64,000 nucleotides of DNA from Podospora anserina (Eukaryota), in NCBI GenBank assembly GCA_017654855.1, contig CM030332.1, forward strand, positions 2,976,001 to 3,040,000. The letters run 5' to 3'. Both the position numbers and the translations under genes were made by a program. Of this stretch, positions 24,001 to 36,010 are shown piece by piece (position 1 is the first letter of the stretch; each line of letters begins with the position of its first letter). A model generated the notes under the pieces. That model did not search any database. It had not been told where the DNA came from and saw only the letters and a list, made by a program, of their open reading frames with translations.

Positions 24001-25284
24001 TCGGAGGTGGCTCTCTCGAAGGACTCCTTGAGGGAAGCCTCCTCACGCACAACACGCATACCACGACCACCACCGCCATAAGCAGCCTTGATGATGATGG
24101 GGAAGCCATACTTGTCCGTGAAAGCCTTGACTTCCTCAAACTTCTCGACGGCGCCCTCGGTGCCTGGGACGACTGGTACGTTCGCAGCAATGGCAATCTT
24201 TCTGGCTGAGACCTTGTCGCCAAGGGCATCGATGACGTCGGGAGAGGGACCGATGAACTGAGAAAAGGGCGGGTATCAGCGGACAAAAATTCCCTCCTCA
24301 GATGGTTGAGTGGATACCTACGATAAGACCGGCAGCCTCAACCTTGCGAGCGAACTCGGCATTTTCAGACAAGAAACCATAACCTGTGATAACGGTAAGC
24401 CTGAATGTCACTCATGAAATCTCTCTGGAGGACCTACCAGGGTGAATCATCTGAGCACCGTGCTCAACGGCGATCTTGACGATTTCATCGCTGGCAAGGT
24501 AGGCGCCAACAGGTGTGTACTGTCCACGCTTGCCAATGACATAAGCCTCATCGGCCTCTGTGGTGTATTTGTTAGTCTGTGTTGACAGGTGCAAAAAACA
24601 GCAAGCAGGGTTAGCCTAGGACTGTCAAGAGGCACATACTCTGTCTGTGCATAGAAAGGCGATCCTCATAACTGTAGAAAATCAGCAGCTGTTCATATCA
24701 TCTGAGAGTGGTGTCTTCTGGAAGTCTTACCTGAAGATGGCAATAGTGTGAAGTGAAAGTTCGTGGGCCTAGAGCAAGCGTTGTCAGAACCAGCTTCTTC
24801 GACCCTGGAGAAAAGGGTGGCGTGACCTACCGTTCTAAAGATCTGTAAAGCGCAAGATAATCAGTGAGCAAGCTTGTCATTCCAATTCGAATTCCTCATC
24901 GTAGTCCTGAAAAGAAAGGGCGGTTTCTGGGCTCGGACATGGATCGTTACATACACGAATAGCTATCACATGTCAGCATGGAATTCATGTGTCACGTCAC
25001 GATGGCCGGCCGTCCTCCGGAGGACCGCCAGTGGGAGAGCATCACTTACGAATTTCACCTCTGTTGGCAACTGTAGTTGACACAATAGACGTTAGCTTTT
25101 CCCAATGCAAGAAGGACATGGTCTGAGGGGCTTGCTGCAGCTCCTCAAGCCAAAACTAACCCAAGATCTTGTTCAACTGCATAATAGTAGAGTTGGCACG
25201 GATGCGATGCACCGTCTGGGCCTCCTTAGGGACATCCCCCTCCTCGAAGACATCCTCATACTTCTTGTCGTTGTCGGCGGCCAT
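21040..25284 (-). CDS. PYC1: Pyruvate carboxylase (10 exons)
   Basis: Exons 25161-25284, 25050-25070, 24955-24962, 24831-24842, 24731-24768, 24640-24671, ~24438-24557, ~24322-24383, ~21217-24257, 21040-21156. They rebuild KILVANRGEIPIRIFRT, RDCSVQRRHQKV, RDAHQSLLATR, HVHTHD and biotin site AMKM. Confidence 0.97.
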
Positions 25285-28200
25285 GGTGAATCGATTGGCG
25301 TGCAAGGACGACGGTCAATTGCAGAAGGAAAGGGGGAAAAAAGGGGAAGAAGTAGGAGAACAGAGGATTCAGAGCCAGCAGGGAGGGATGCCCGCGCCGC
25401 TGCAAGGCCGGGTATGACGCCGACAGCGGGGTAGATGTGATGGTGGGGTAGGTGTGTGGGCAGCCCCGCGGCCAGGTAGGGGTCAAGGGTACTAGAGATG
25501 CTTGGGTGGGCTAGAAGCTCTGAAGCTCCGGTTAAACCTTAGCTTGATTTGACGACGACACAAGCTGTGTTTTACCGCTGTCACGCTTTCCCGAAGAGGC
25601 AAGGCAAGACAAAGGTCGAGATGGAGATAAGGATTCTTCGGCGTACGCAGAACTGTAAAGCCGGAGGTGACGTTGTAGGGAGCGAGGATGAAAGTGATAA
25701 CATCGACACAAAGGAGAAGGACGTGGAAAAGAGGGGAATTTAAAATCAGAATGGGATGATTGTTGAGCTATGTTGTGGCAACTGCAGGCCAACTGGTTGT
25801 GCCAGGGGGAAGCGACGATTTTGGATATGAGGGGATTTCTGTCTTGCCAGGAACAGCCCAGAAATGCTGAATGGAGCGAAACAGCCTCACCTCGGTCCTC
25901 ACGGCTCTCTCTCTGTGACCGGCCAACAAGTCTTCTCAACTGTGCTTTGCCAAGAAAGGTTTAAGGCGGTGATTCACACATCAGACTGAGAGGGTGACGG
26001 CTCAACAATTTGATCAAGTCGAGGCCGAGTGATCCGCGTGGGTGAGGAGGAGGAGGGTGACTCTTCTTCTCTCTCGTGCGCTTTCCGCCGGCTCTAGTCC
26101 ACTCAGCTGTTACTTGACGTTGGCTGACGAGGTATATAATATCCTGACAAGCCGCAGGTTGGCAACTGATTGATGGTGCTGGTTGCTTGTGTGCATACGT
26201 GGGAGGCGTTCGCCGTTCATCAGCTTGGCCCAAACGGGTTGGGAAGCTGTCGGTCCCATGGCTCTGCCGCCTGTTATCGAGCAATCATTGATCAATCAGT
26301 AGTGTATGCAGGAAGCACAAAACCCGATCTCCAATGGCTTTTCCGTCATCTTGGCACTGGGTCTTGGAGGGTGATGGGAATGTTTGTTGAACGTTGCGTT
26401 CGCGGAGCTTGCAGCCTTGTATGACAAGCATCTTGAGATCAGAGTTGGCCAATCAGATGTCTGCCATGAAGAAGACCTTGCCGAGTTTGTCGCTGGTGCA
26501 GGGGTGAGGGGAACGTCCCTTTCTGCAGCCGTCACTGAAAAAAAAATTATCCCACTTTGCGAAGAGACTCCGAGATGCTAAAACAGTGGTAGGGTGGGGT
26601 TGCTGCCACCACCGCTCAGAGCTGACATGGCCGCCGTGGGGAATCTTGACGACTGGTTACTATGACCAGATATGGCGGCTAGACACACAGTACTCCGCCC
26701 TACAGTAACATTGTCGGGGTTGTAGCGGGATGAAGATTCTCAGCAGGGTTAGCCGTGGCCTCCAGCGAGCTTAACCGATGTATACACTGACACTAAGAGA
26801 CATTGTTCTTGAAACCGATTGCCTCACAGAATTCACCTGACGCATGTTGTGAGACAACCCTCTGCCTCCCACCTGGGGAAGATGGGGGTGCATTTGTTTG
26901 ACCAACCAAAAGATACTTGATCTAATAAGTATTTTTGCTAATGACCAGAACCCCCAACTGAACTCCCGCCCAGGCTTAGCTTGACTGGGTTTTTCTAATC
27001 GCCGCAAAAGCCGTTAATAAACCAACCTAGGTAACTAACTTCAACACACCATCCAAAAAGAGCCGGCACAGCACCTTGATATTCCTCCGTAGCCGAAGGC
27101 CGGGAAGAGAATCAAGTTGATCATGTGCTCCTCATCTCATCCCAGACCGTCCTCCGACTTTGACAGCAGATGGCTTCTAACCGGCTACTTCCACCCCCGG
27201 TTTTTCGTCGAGCCGAGGGTAAAGCTCTATCAGTCTGCAAAAAGAGGATCCTGCCGAACTTCAACTACTTGACGTGCCCGAGATGTCGGGACTTGACACA
27301 CTAGCTAGCAGCGGAACCCCAGGATTGACACCGTACCTTTTCTTGTTTTGCGGAGACTTGTCAGATGAAAGACCCGGAGACAGTTGTGCTTCGAAAGGTA
27401 CCTAGGCAGATTGCCCACCCCCGCCCCGTTCATGAGTACCGTGAACCGAACCGTTCCCGGGGTCTAGGCACCAATTTTCTGGGGAAGCTGGCGTTTTCCC
27501 TGCATCATCCATGAAGGTCACCCGATGGAAAAGATGAGTGAGGTAGCGTTGTAAACACCCTGGTGAACTTGGAAAACAGAAGCATAATGGCGGTGGGTGG
27601 CGCTTGCCTCAGCAATAGAGCCCCCGGGGACTCCGAAGGCCACATTGTACCACTTACAAGATCTCTCATAGGTATTCAAGAGCCGACTGATGCCAAGATT
27701 GATTCTGTGTTTCTCAATATCGACCACATATCACGGCAGCTGTCGTGTCGGTTGATCATCAACGTTGTTGTATCCCAGTTTCATCTTTACTCTTACTCTG
27801 CGTCATGGCCATCTACTCGTTTGAGCTGGTCACGAGATCAAGATTTCTGAACCATTGAATGGGATTTAAACCCTTCTCGACTCGCAGAGGAATGACAAGC
27901 TGCCGTTTGTCACAGTTATGGAGTCCTCCCTGTGTCGGTTAAGCTCTGCGGAAGCATATCAAAGGTACGTGCTGTGGGGTTACTGAGTCGCTCCGTGGAC
28001 TTCACAGTCCCAATAAATGCCATGATTGTTTTGCAAGATATATTGTACCGACTTTATCTACAAAAATATTCCACGCTTCCCCTAGTTGGTGTAGCTCAGT
28101 GTTCAAGGCTACGACGGTACACCGCATGAGGGTCCATCGTCTTACGGGAACGCATGATGCGTCAGGTGAGCAACTCACGGTTGCATAATGAGGAGAACAA

Positions 28201-29696
28201 ATAAGAAAAAAGAAAGGAAAGAGACAACCACCAGCCCTTTTACCCCTCCTTTTTCCAACATCTCGAACCTCAACCTCACACCCCCACGGTCGATCTGCCA
28301 GGGTGTGTTTTTGACCTTTCTGCAACAGATCTCCTGCCAAGGAAAATGCAACCGCCGGCGCCGGAGTTGCAAGATGCGGCCCTGCGTGGCCGGGTCATCT
28401 TGGCATCTCGATCTTGACCTCTCTCCACCAAACATCCAACAACACGCCGTGGTTGCCGAATACTTTGTCTCGGCCGAATTCTGTCTTTTGGCACCACCAC
28501 ATGAAAAAAAAAAAAATAGTTCGTCCGTAGGCTAAGTCAACTCGGCTGCCAAGGAGGGTTGTGAACCGCATGTGTTCGAGAAGGAAACCTGGCCAAGAGT
28601 CCGGTGGAACAGCTTTGCCTATCTTGCGTCTTCGTATGCAACCCAGATTCCATCTTGAACGAATCTCAACAGCTCAGCCGGATCTTTGACTGGCAACACA
28701 ACAGTCAAGAGGGTGTACTGGCTATCCGAAAGACACAAACAGCACATCCGAGCCTTCCATAACGCCATCTTCAACCCTCGTAGATAGGTAACCAACGCAT
28801 CAAGCTTTTCGTCTTGGGGAGTGCATCCCACCTCCCTCAACACCACAGGCAAGCATGCCGTGGCCCCTGGTAAGAATGCAGCAGGGGAATGGACACCATC
28901 AATCTATCAACACCAACCCAGTAACCAACCTCACGGTAAAGTAACACCACAGATGAAGCGGGGTAGTAGCAGATTTAAAACCCGCAACCGCCTCACTCTT
29001 CCCCAGATAGACCTTCGCTCGTGGTAATTATGCCCGAGATGGAATGGGACCGCATGTAGGATGATTGCCTTGCAACTGGAGGTGTACACGCACCAACGCT
29101 GTGGCATGCTTGCGGAACCTCTTCCGAGGAGAGGCAAGTCTGAAAGTGTCATCTCATCCTTCTCCCGATGTCAATAGTGAGCAACTGTCGGAGCTCCCGC
29201 GTAACCCCGAGTCGTAGGCACCAACCCCCAACATAAGGTATAACCAACTGCTTTCCAAAACCCCTGATATACGATCAGGGACTCTTATCCCCGTGTGGTT
29301 CCCATACGCCCCCCCAGCTTGCCCAAGCCACTGCGAAACCAACCATAGCACCTCAGCCTCGGACATCAACCCAGTAAAGAATCCCATTCTCGTCTAGAAG
29401 ACCACAGGTCAACACAGCTAAATAGTACAACAGCAACCAAACCACATACACAAGCCCATTCTTACATCACCACCCCCTACCCCCCTCCCACCTCCCTCAA
29501 CAGCACCACAAAGCAAATGAAAAATGACCAAACTCATATCATTCATACACCCCCAGTTTCTCGCTTTTCATTTCCCTGTTCCCATCCCCCCATAGGTACC
29601 CCCCTATGTTCTGTATGTTGTTTCGTCCATCCCCTATTCCCATTCTCAACCCTCCTTCCCATTACACCCCCCATTCAACCTCCCAAGCCAGGTGGT

Positions 29697-30419
29697 CTAC
29701 CGGGCAGCAGGCGTAGCAGCAGCAGCCTCAACCGGCTTCCCCTCCAGCGCCCCCTTCTTCAAAGCCTCCTCCTTTCCCCCCCACTTGTGCCACTGCAAAT
29801 ACCTATACCCCTGCGTCAACTGCGCAGCCTCATTGACAGCATGGCACGCAAACAAGAGGTAATTTGCGGGGGTGACAGCGAGGGAGAAGCGCATAAACGT
29901 CGCGGAATAAACGCAGAGAGCGCCCGTCATGGGGCCCGAGATCCTGTTGCACCACCACCACCATTGTCAGCTTTTGTTTCTGTTCACACCACGACAAGGA
30001 AGGGGGTAACCTACAGTTCAGGGCTCTTCTGCGTATCCATCACCGCAGCAAGGGGGATGCCAAAGTTGGAGACGGGGCCCCAGAAGTCTATTCCATCATG
30101 AATGTTAGCAACGTGGTCACGTGCCTGTTGTCCCTCAATCTCTCTCTCTCTCTCTCTCCTGATCCAACGCTCCCAACAACCCTCAACACCTCCCCCCAGC
30201 TCCCAAATCTCCCAATCCCCCCTTCCAACCCTCCTCCCCTCAACACCTGACCTTCCCTCCCTTCCCGGCCGGAATCGGCCCTCCCTCACCAACAAACCCT
30301 CCCAACTCCCGGCCGAGATCCCAAAAACTAAAACCAAAGAACTTACGCGTAGAGCAAACATAATCCAGCACCGGGTGAGCCCGAATCTTAGCATTGATCG
30401 CCTTGACAAAAGCAGCCAT
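29697..30419 (-). CDS. MPC1: Mitochondrial pyruvate carrier subunit 1
   Basis: Three exons: [25 protein letters not shown] / [24 protein letters not shown] / [38 protein letters not shown]. Confidence 0.92.
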
Positions 30420-31280
30420 CTTTTCTTTTCCGTTCTGTCTGTCTGTCAGTCGTCGGTGTTGTCGGTGGAGTGGCTAATAATGTCGGAGGGATCGGAGAGT
30501 CGCAACAACTAGTCCTGGAAATAATTCTTGGGGATGCTCCGGGGACCGCTGCTGCAGCGCTGGCACAGGTCCGGTCCGCCCGCTGTAACAACACTGAAAA
30601 AATAGCGGGCAATCCAATTCGCAGTCATCAAATGGGGTCCGTGCACCCCTTTTTTGCGTCACCGGACATTGATGACAACAAAACCATGAGCTGTCATTGT
30701 AAAAGTCAAGGTTGCCAATTGGTTGAATTTGGGGGCGTTTACTACATCTATTATTCACAAGTGAGATATCTGCAACAGTAGAATAGACAGTTGGCACCTA
30801 ATCGTTGTGAATTTGTTGTTGAAGCTCGCTCTCGAGCTTCTGTATGGGGTGTCCAAGGGTTGTGCGACACCAACATCCATCCATATTCACGACCGCATAT
30901 GTACATAGTCCCCAAAGGCAACAGCAATATCCTCTGTTCTGTCACCATCCACGCCGCCCAAACTCCTCGGACTTCTCATTCCTCTTCTCTTTGTCCCGTT
31001 TGCCTGTCTTGCATACTCTGCTCGCCCCTTATTCTCAAGAACACAATTCGCTGATTTCCGGCCCTTTGTAATGTTTCATCAAGAAATCCCCAAACGCCGC
31101 CAAAAGAAAACAGTAAAACCTTCAAGCTTTCCAGGCAGAAATCTAGCTTTTCGTCGGCCAAGTGAAGATCCACCCCCATCACATACAAGTTCGCAGCCAT
31201 TCGTCGTATTTGATGTCGTCATATGTTGTGTGGCGGGGCATCTCAGTAAGTAGTGTTGGGTCGGCCACCAAACGTAATCA

Positions 31281-32189
31281 TTAACGGCGAGGAGGAGGGT
31301 TAAAGCCAGAAGGAGGGCCACCGCCGGGAGGGAATCCAGGGGGGAAGCCACCGGGCGCGCCGGGAAAGCCAGCAGGAGGGAATCCACCTCCAAATCCTGG
31401 TGGAGGGGCTATAACTTCGTTAGTGAAGGTGTCAACAGCAAGGCTTGGAGAAGATCAGCTTACGAGCACCACGGCCAGGGGCGCCAGGAAAACCGGGAGC
31501 ACCGGGGAAGCCTGGGAAAGCTGGGGGAGGGACGGCGCCGCCAATACCAGCAGCAGGGCCGGCAAGAGAGATGGGAGCAGCGGCGCCGCGGCCAGCCGGT
31601 CTTGCGACACCAGGTCCCGCTGCGAGCGCAGAGGCAACACTGGGACCGCCAGTCTTGCCCAAACGAGCGCTTGGGTCAGCCGGCGGCGGCGATTCGACGG
31701 AAAGGGATACAATGTGGGCGCCTCGAACGATCGTCAGACCCAGTGTCCGCTTCTCCTCCTGCTCGATGGTCTGCGCGCCGGATGATGATGCGCCGGGGGC
31801 GGAGGGCTTGTTTTGCTTCCTTTTGATCCGGCGGAACTCTTCGGTATCGGCGAGCACAAGGTTCATGTGCTTATCGAAAGCGAGCATCTAAGATGATTCG
31901 AGTCAGTGGCAAGAAAGTGCTAAGAGGTGGTAGGAGATGCGTACCTGACCCGTCATCTGGCGGCCATCATTCAGCGTTACGCGCATCCGGTAGTTGATCT
32001 AATCAAACGTTAGTTCTGCCTCGCCGTGTGCTATCGTCACTGGGGAGGTATACATACGTAACCGGCCTAGATATCATGCGCCTTGTCAGTGGTCAATGTC
32101 AACAAACAGATGCCTGTAAGAGCGGTCGCGCGGAGGGGAGGACGGATGCCTGAACTTACCATCTTGCCCTGCTTGTTAGAGGCCGACAT
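31281..32189 (-). CDS. SMB1: snRNP core protein SmB
   Basis: [50 protein letters not shown]...[13 protein letters not shown]; Pro/Gly-rich tail. Five exons including a 9-nt exon at 32058-32066. Confidence 0.93.
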
Positions 32190-32644
32190 GGTTGCGGCGT
32201 TGTTGCCACTGCAAAGTAGCTTCTGGTTTCAAAAATTGGGGTTTGGGTTGACGAAGTTCTGGTAACTATCGTCTGTTGCGGTCTCGTAATGCGCTTTGGG
32301 GGAAAGGCTTCAGAGTCTCGCGTGGTGGTTGGTTAGCGGGAGCACAAGAGGACGAGGCCCAATTGAAATTTGAACGCGAGGCTGAGAGGAGAGCTCCCGA
32401 CGCGACTGGCCAGCCCGCCACGAGCTCGAGCCACACCCCATCAGCCATTTGACACAAGCCACATTCACCTTGTCCCCCACCAGCGTTCCCGCACCAGCAG
32501 GCAGGAGCGAACTCTTGGCGGGTCCCCACACCCACAATCCAAAATTGTGGAAGCAAAATCAACCTCACACTTTTTGAAATTTCTCGATCGTCAACCACGA
32601 GCCGAATCGCCCAGTCCCCCGATTTCGACGACAACACCGCCGCC
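32190..32644. promoter_or_regulatory. Bidirectional promoter region SmB / RPL11
   Basis: Divergent ATGs ~455 bp apart. Confidence 0.6.
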
Positions 32645-33299
32645 ATGGTACGTGATGATTGGGGAAAAACGCTTCTCAAGAGAATTCGGAAATACTAACA
32701 TCGTGATTTCCAGTCTGCTGAGAAGGCCCAGAACCCCATGCGGGAGCTCCGCATCCAGAAGCTCGTCCTGAACATCTCAGTCGGCGAGTCTGGTGATAGA
32801 CTTACCCGTGCTGCCAAGGTGCTGGAGCAGCTGAGCGGTCAGACCCCCGTCTACAGTAAGTTTTGTTTTCTCTCCAGACAGCCTTGAGGATTTCGACTCG
32901 ATTCTAACTCGTATGTCCCCAGGCAAGGCCCGCTACACCGTCCGTACCTTCGGTATCCGCCGTAACGAAAAGATCGCCGTCCACGTCACCGTCCGTGGCC
33001 CCAAGGCCGAGGAGATTCTCGAGCGTGGCCTCAAGGTCAAGGAGTACGAGCTGCGCAAGCGCAACTTCTCCGAGACCGGCAACTTCGGCTTCGGTATTTC
33101 CGAGCACATCGATCTCGGCATCAAGTACGACCCCGGTATCGGTATCTACGGCATGGACTTCTACTGCTGCATGACCCGCCCCGGTGAGCGTGTTGCTCGC
33201 CGCCGCCGCGCCAAGGCCAGAGTCGGTGCCAGCCACCGCATCACCCGTGACGACACCGTCAAGTGGTTCAAGCAGCGCTTCGATGCCATTGTCCGCTAA
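32645..33299 (+). CDS. RPL11: 60S ribosomal protein L11 (uL5)
   Basis: ATG-only first coding exon, introns 32648-32713 and 32856-32922. [34 protein letters not shown]...[19 protein letters not shown]. Confidence 0.97.
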
Positions 33300-34300
33300 A
33301 TGTGGTCAGTTGTGTTAGTGCTGGGCGGAATCAACAAAACAAAACTGGGAAATCAAAGGGAATGGGGAGTTTCGGCTCATCGGCATCTCTAGGAGGAGGG
33401 GGGAAAACACACAAAATGGATGGCGTTTTCTCTCCAACGGGCAAATGTGTAGTGCAGCTTATGATACCTTGGCGATTCTTTCGTCCACCTGCTTGTTCCT
33501 GCTTTTCAGCAGGACGAGCCACGGCCTCAGAGACCGACCGGCGTTATGCCGGCTTACCAATCCCTTAATTCCCGTGACAGAAGCGTTCTGCGCGTCTCCC
33601 TCCCACTTGTTTGGTGAAGCAATGGATGTGACTGTCCGAGAGCTCGTCTCCTCGAAGTATGGTGTTCTCCAGGTGTTGAGGCTCGTATGTGCTGCAGCAT
33701 GTGCCGTAGCTTCGTAGATCAGGAGTCAGCGAACCTGTTTCTTGTCCGCTGTCAAGATCGAAACTAAGTATCAATAGTCTGTTGGAGAGACTCGTGGCTT
33801 AATGGTCAGGATCTTTACACATGTCAAGGACTAGGCAGTTAGCATCACCTCGCTCATCAGAAGTGTGATTCTACAATCGAGGAAGTCGATGTTGCTGCCA
33901 TGGCCTCTTGGGGAACAAGTATCACAAACACACATAGAGTAAAGACAGACCAATACAATGATAACAACTATTTCCCAAAACCTCCAATTCTGTGGCTGAA
34001 TGACACCGCCGCCCGCTCACTTGCTAGCTAAATTACATAAACCCTCATGTACAGTATATGCATATCATGCCAAAAATGCATTGCATTATGATAGCCCTTC
34101 TTGCGTCCCCCATTCATGTCATTACTGGGACATCAAATTAACGCTGACTATCCCCTTCCTATTTCCCTTTTTAATGGCCTCCCCGGCATGTACATGCGTT
34201 CCTGTTATCGTAAATATCATCCGTCCACAACTCAGGAGCCATCTCCTGATATCTCATCATGTGTACAGTATATAAAACAATAGAAAGAAAGGACGATGAC

Positions 34301-36010
34301 TCAAAGAGCATTCATTGAAATTGGGTTAACTGGAGGACTGGGCAAAGGGCCAGTCTCCTGCGCGGCATACCTGCTGGCGGCAGAAGGCTTTCTCTCGCGC
34401 TGGGTCGAGTGGATGTCGATCAGTAAGTCCACCAGAGTTTCGGCGTCCTCTCTCAGCAGTTCGAGTTGCGCCTGGTTGTTGTCCGTAGGAGTGTTGCGGT
34501 ATGCAGCAAAGACGATGCCTCTATTCGGCTTTTTGGTCGATGGGGCGCCCAGAGATTCCTGCTTGGAGGGATGGTAGCAGGTGTGGAACGAACACATGTA
34601 TCCACGGGCGTGTTCATCCTGCTTCAACTCGTCGCTCCTATACTCTAGCCAGTCTTCGGTCTGTAGGACCTTTTCATGAACAGGCGCGGAGATGCGGAAT
34701 GGGTATTTGATCGAACTCAAACCGTAAGCTGCGAGCAGACGGCCGGTTATTCTCCTGCTGGGTGTCCTACGGACAGAGGGTGTCGATCCAGAGATCGGCG
34801 TCTGAGGAGGAGAGGGCGGGTATGGCGACCGTCTAGAGGATGGTCGAGAAAGGCCCATGTCATTAGGCCAAAGATTGACCACATACACGAGATCAAAGTT
34901 GTATTTGGCCGCAATTCTCGCAGCTTCAAACGCGGCGGCCGTTGCTGGCCTGCTCGCAAGAGGAGGGGAGAGTGTCAGAAGAGGATATGTGGCAGAGGGT
35001 CGGCGAGGAGTAGGCGAGACTGGGGGATCGGGTGGCAATGGGAAGCTGGGCGGATTCCGACTCGATGGGTTTGGGCCCGGCTGGTTTGGTTGAGGCGGCA
35101 TCGGAAACCCATCGAGGATCTCGTCGTCGCTAAGCGCCATGAAGTCGTCTAGGCTTGGTTCCTTCAGGATCGTGTTGCTCTTTGCCATCGGTTTGGTCTG
35201 TCGGAGGGTCGAAAGACTGCTCGTCTTGCGCGGCTCCTTTTCAAGTTGGCCGGAGGCTTGCTCCCCAAAGACATGGACACTCCGTGATCGCTCGAGAGGT
35301 TCGATCAGGCCAAGTTTGGCCCGATAGGCACCAGCAAGAGGCCGTGGAACGAGACTGGGAGATACCGGAGGAGAAGCTGGGGGAGAGCATGGAGGTGTAG
35401 GAATCGGCGCAGGGCCAAATGATAACGACGGAGATCCTTCTTGTTCCGAAGGGCACCGCTTTCGATTGATCGGCGCCTTGGGCGAGACAGAGGGAGAAGT
35501 CGAACGTGGATTAACCTTGGAATTGGATCTCGACCGACGCTCCATTGTATCGTTATCACCCAGGCCCAGTGCGCCTGCTCCATCGAAGCTGAAGTCGAGT
35601 AGTTCAGCCAAGGAAGAACTGGTGCGGCTACTCCTAGGGCTGAGAGACGAGGTTCTTTGTGGAACGCGAGGGCTCTTCGCTGAGTGGTTGGATGGCCGAG
35701 GACTGATACTGATAGATACCAGTGAGTTCATACGAGGTGTGCTTGGGGCATCCGGGAGACTCTGCGCGCGTCGAGATTGTCTTGGACTCAATACGACCTC
35801 ATCTCTGGCCATCATTCGTTGTGAAGTCGGCCGGATGAAAGATGGCGAAGGGAAGGTCTGCGAAGTGTCTCCTCCATTTGCTGACCAAGGGTCAACCGAA
35901 GATGGCTCGCTCTCATGCTCGGGTGTTCTAGAGGTAGTCTTCTTTTTCGACGTTGAGAAGAGCCGGAACCTCTTCTCAAGCCTTTCGAGCTTATCGAGAC
36001 CCACGGCCAT
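34301..36010 (-). CDS. Hypothetical S/P-rich protein with globular C-terminal domain
   Basis: 569-aa ORF. Disordered S/P-rich N-terminus; C-terminal blocks AAAFEAARIAAKYNFDLVYVVNLWP, GRLLAAYGL, RGIVFAAYR. Confidence 0.8.
   Translation of the reverse strand: MAVGLDKLERLEKRFRLFSTSKKKTTSRTPEHESEPSSVDPWSANGGDTSQTFPSPSFIRPTSQRMMARDEVVLSPRQSRRAQSLPDAPSTPRMNSLVSISISPRPSNHSAKSPRVPQRTSSLSPRSSRTSSSLAELLDFSFDGAGALGLGDNDTMERRSRSNSKVNPRSTSPSVSPKAPINRKRCPSEQEGSPSLSFGPAPIPTPPCSPPASPPVSPSLVPRPLAGAYRAKLGLIEPLERSRSVHVFGEQASGQLEKEPRKTSSLSTLRQTKPMAKSNTILKEPSLDDFMALSDDEILDGFPMPPQPNQPGPNPSSRNPPSFPLPPDPPVSPTPRRPSATYPLLTLSPPLASRPATAAAFEAARIAAKYNFDLVYVVNLWPNDMGLSRPSSRRSPYPPSPPQTPISGSTPSVRRTPSRRITGRLLAAYGLSSIKYPFRISAPVHEKVLQTEDWLEYRSDELKQDEHARGYMCSFHTCYHPSKQESLGAPSTKKPNRGIVFAAYRNTPTDNNQAQLELLREDAETLVDLLIDIHSTQRERKPSAASRYAAQETGPLPSPPVNPISMNAL

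Noticed and set aside
21273-24209. 698-aa and 278-aa plus-strand ORFs opposite PYC
   Set aside because: Antisense shadows of a highly biased gene.
28530-28852. Minus-strand ORF with TAG in UAGG context as a possible editing-restored gene
   Set aside because: No ATG upstream in frame and another stop ~28 codons later; no recognisable domain.
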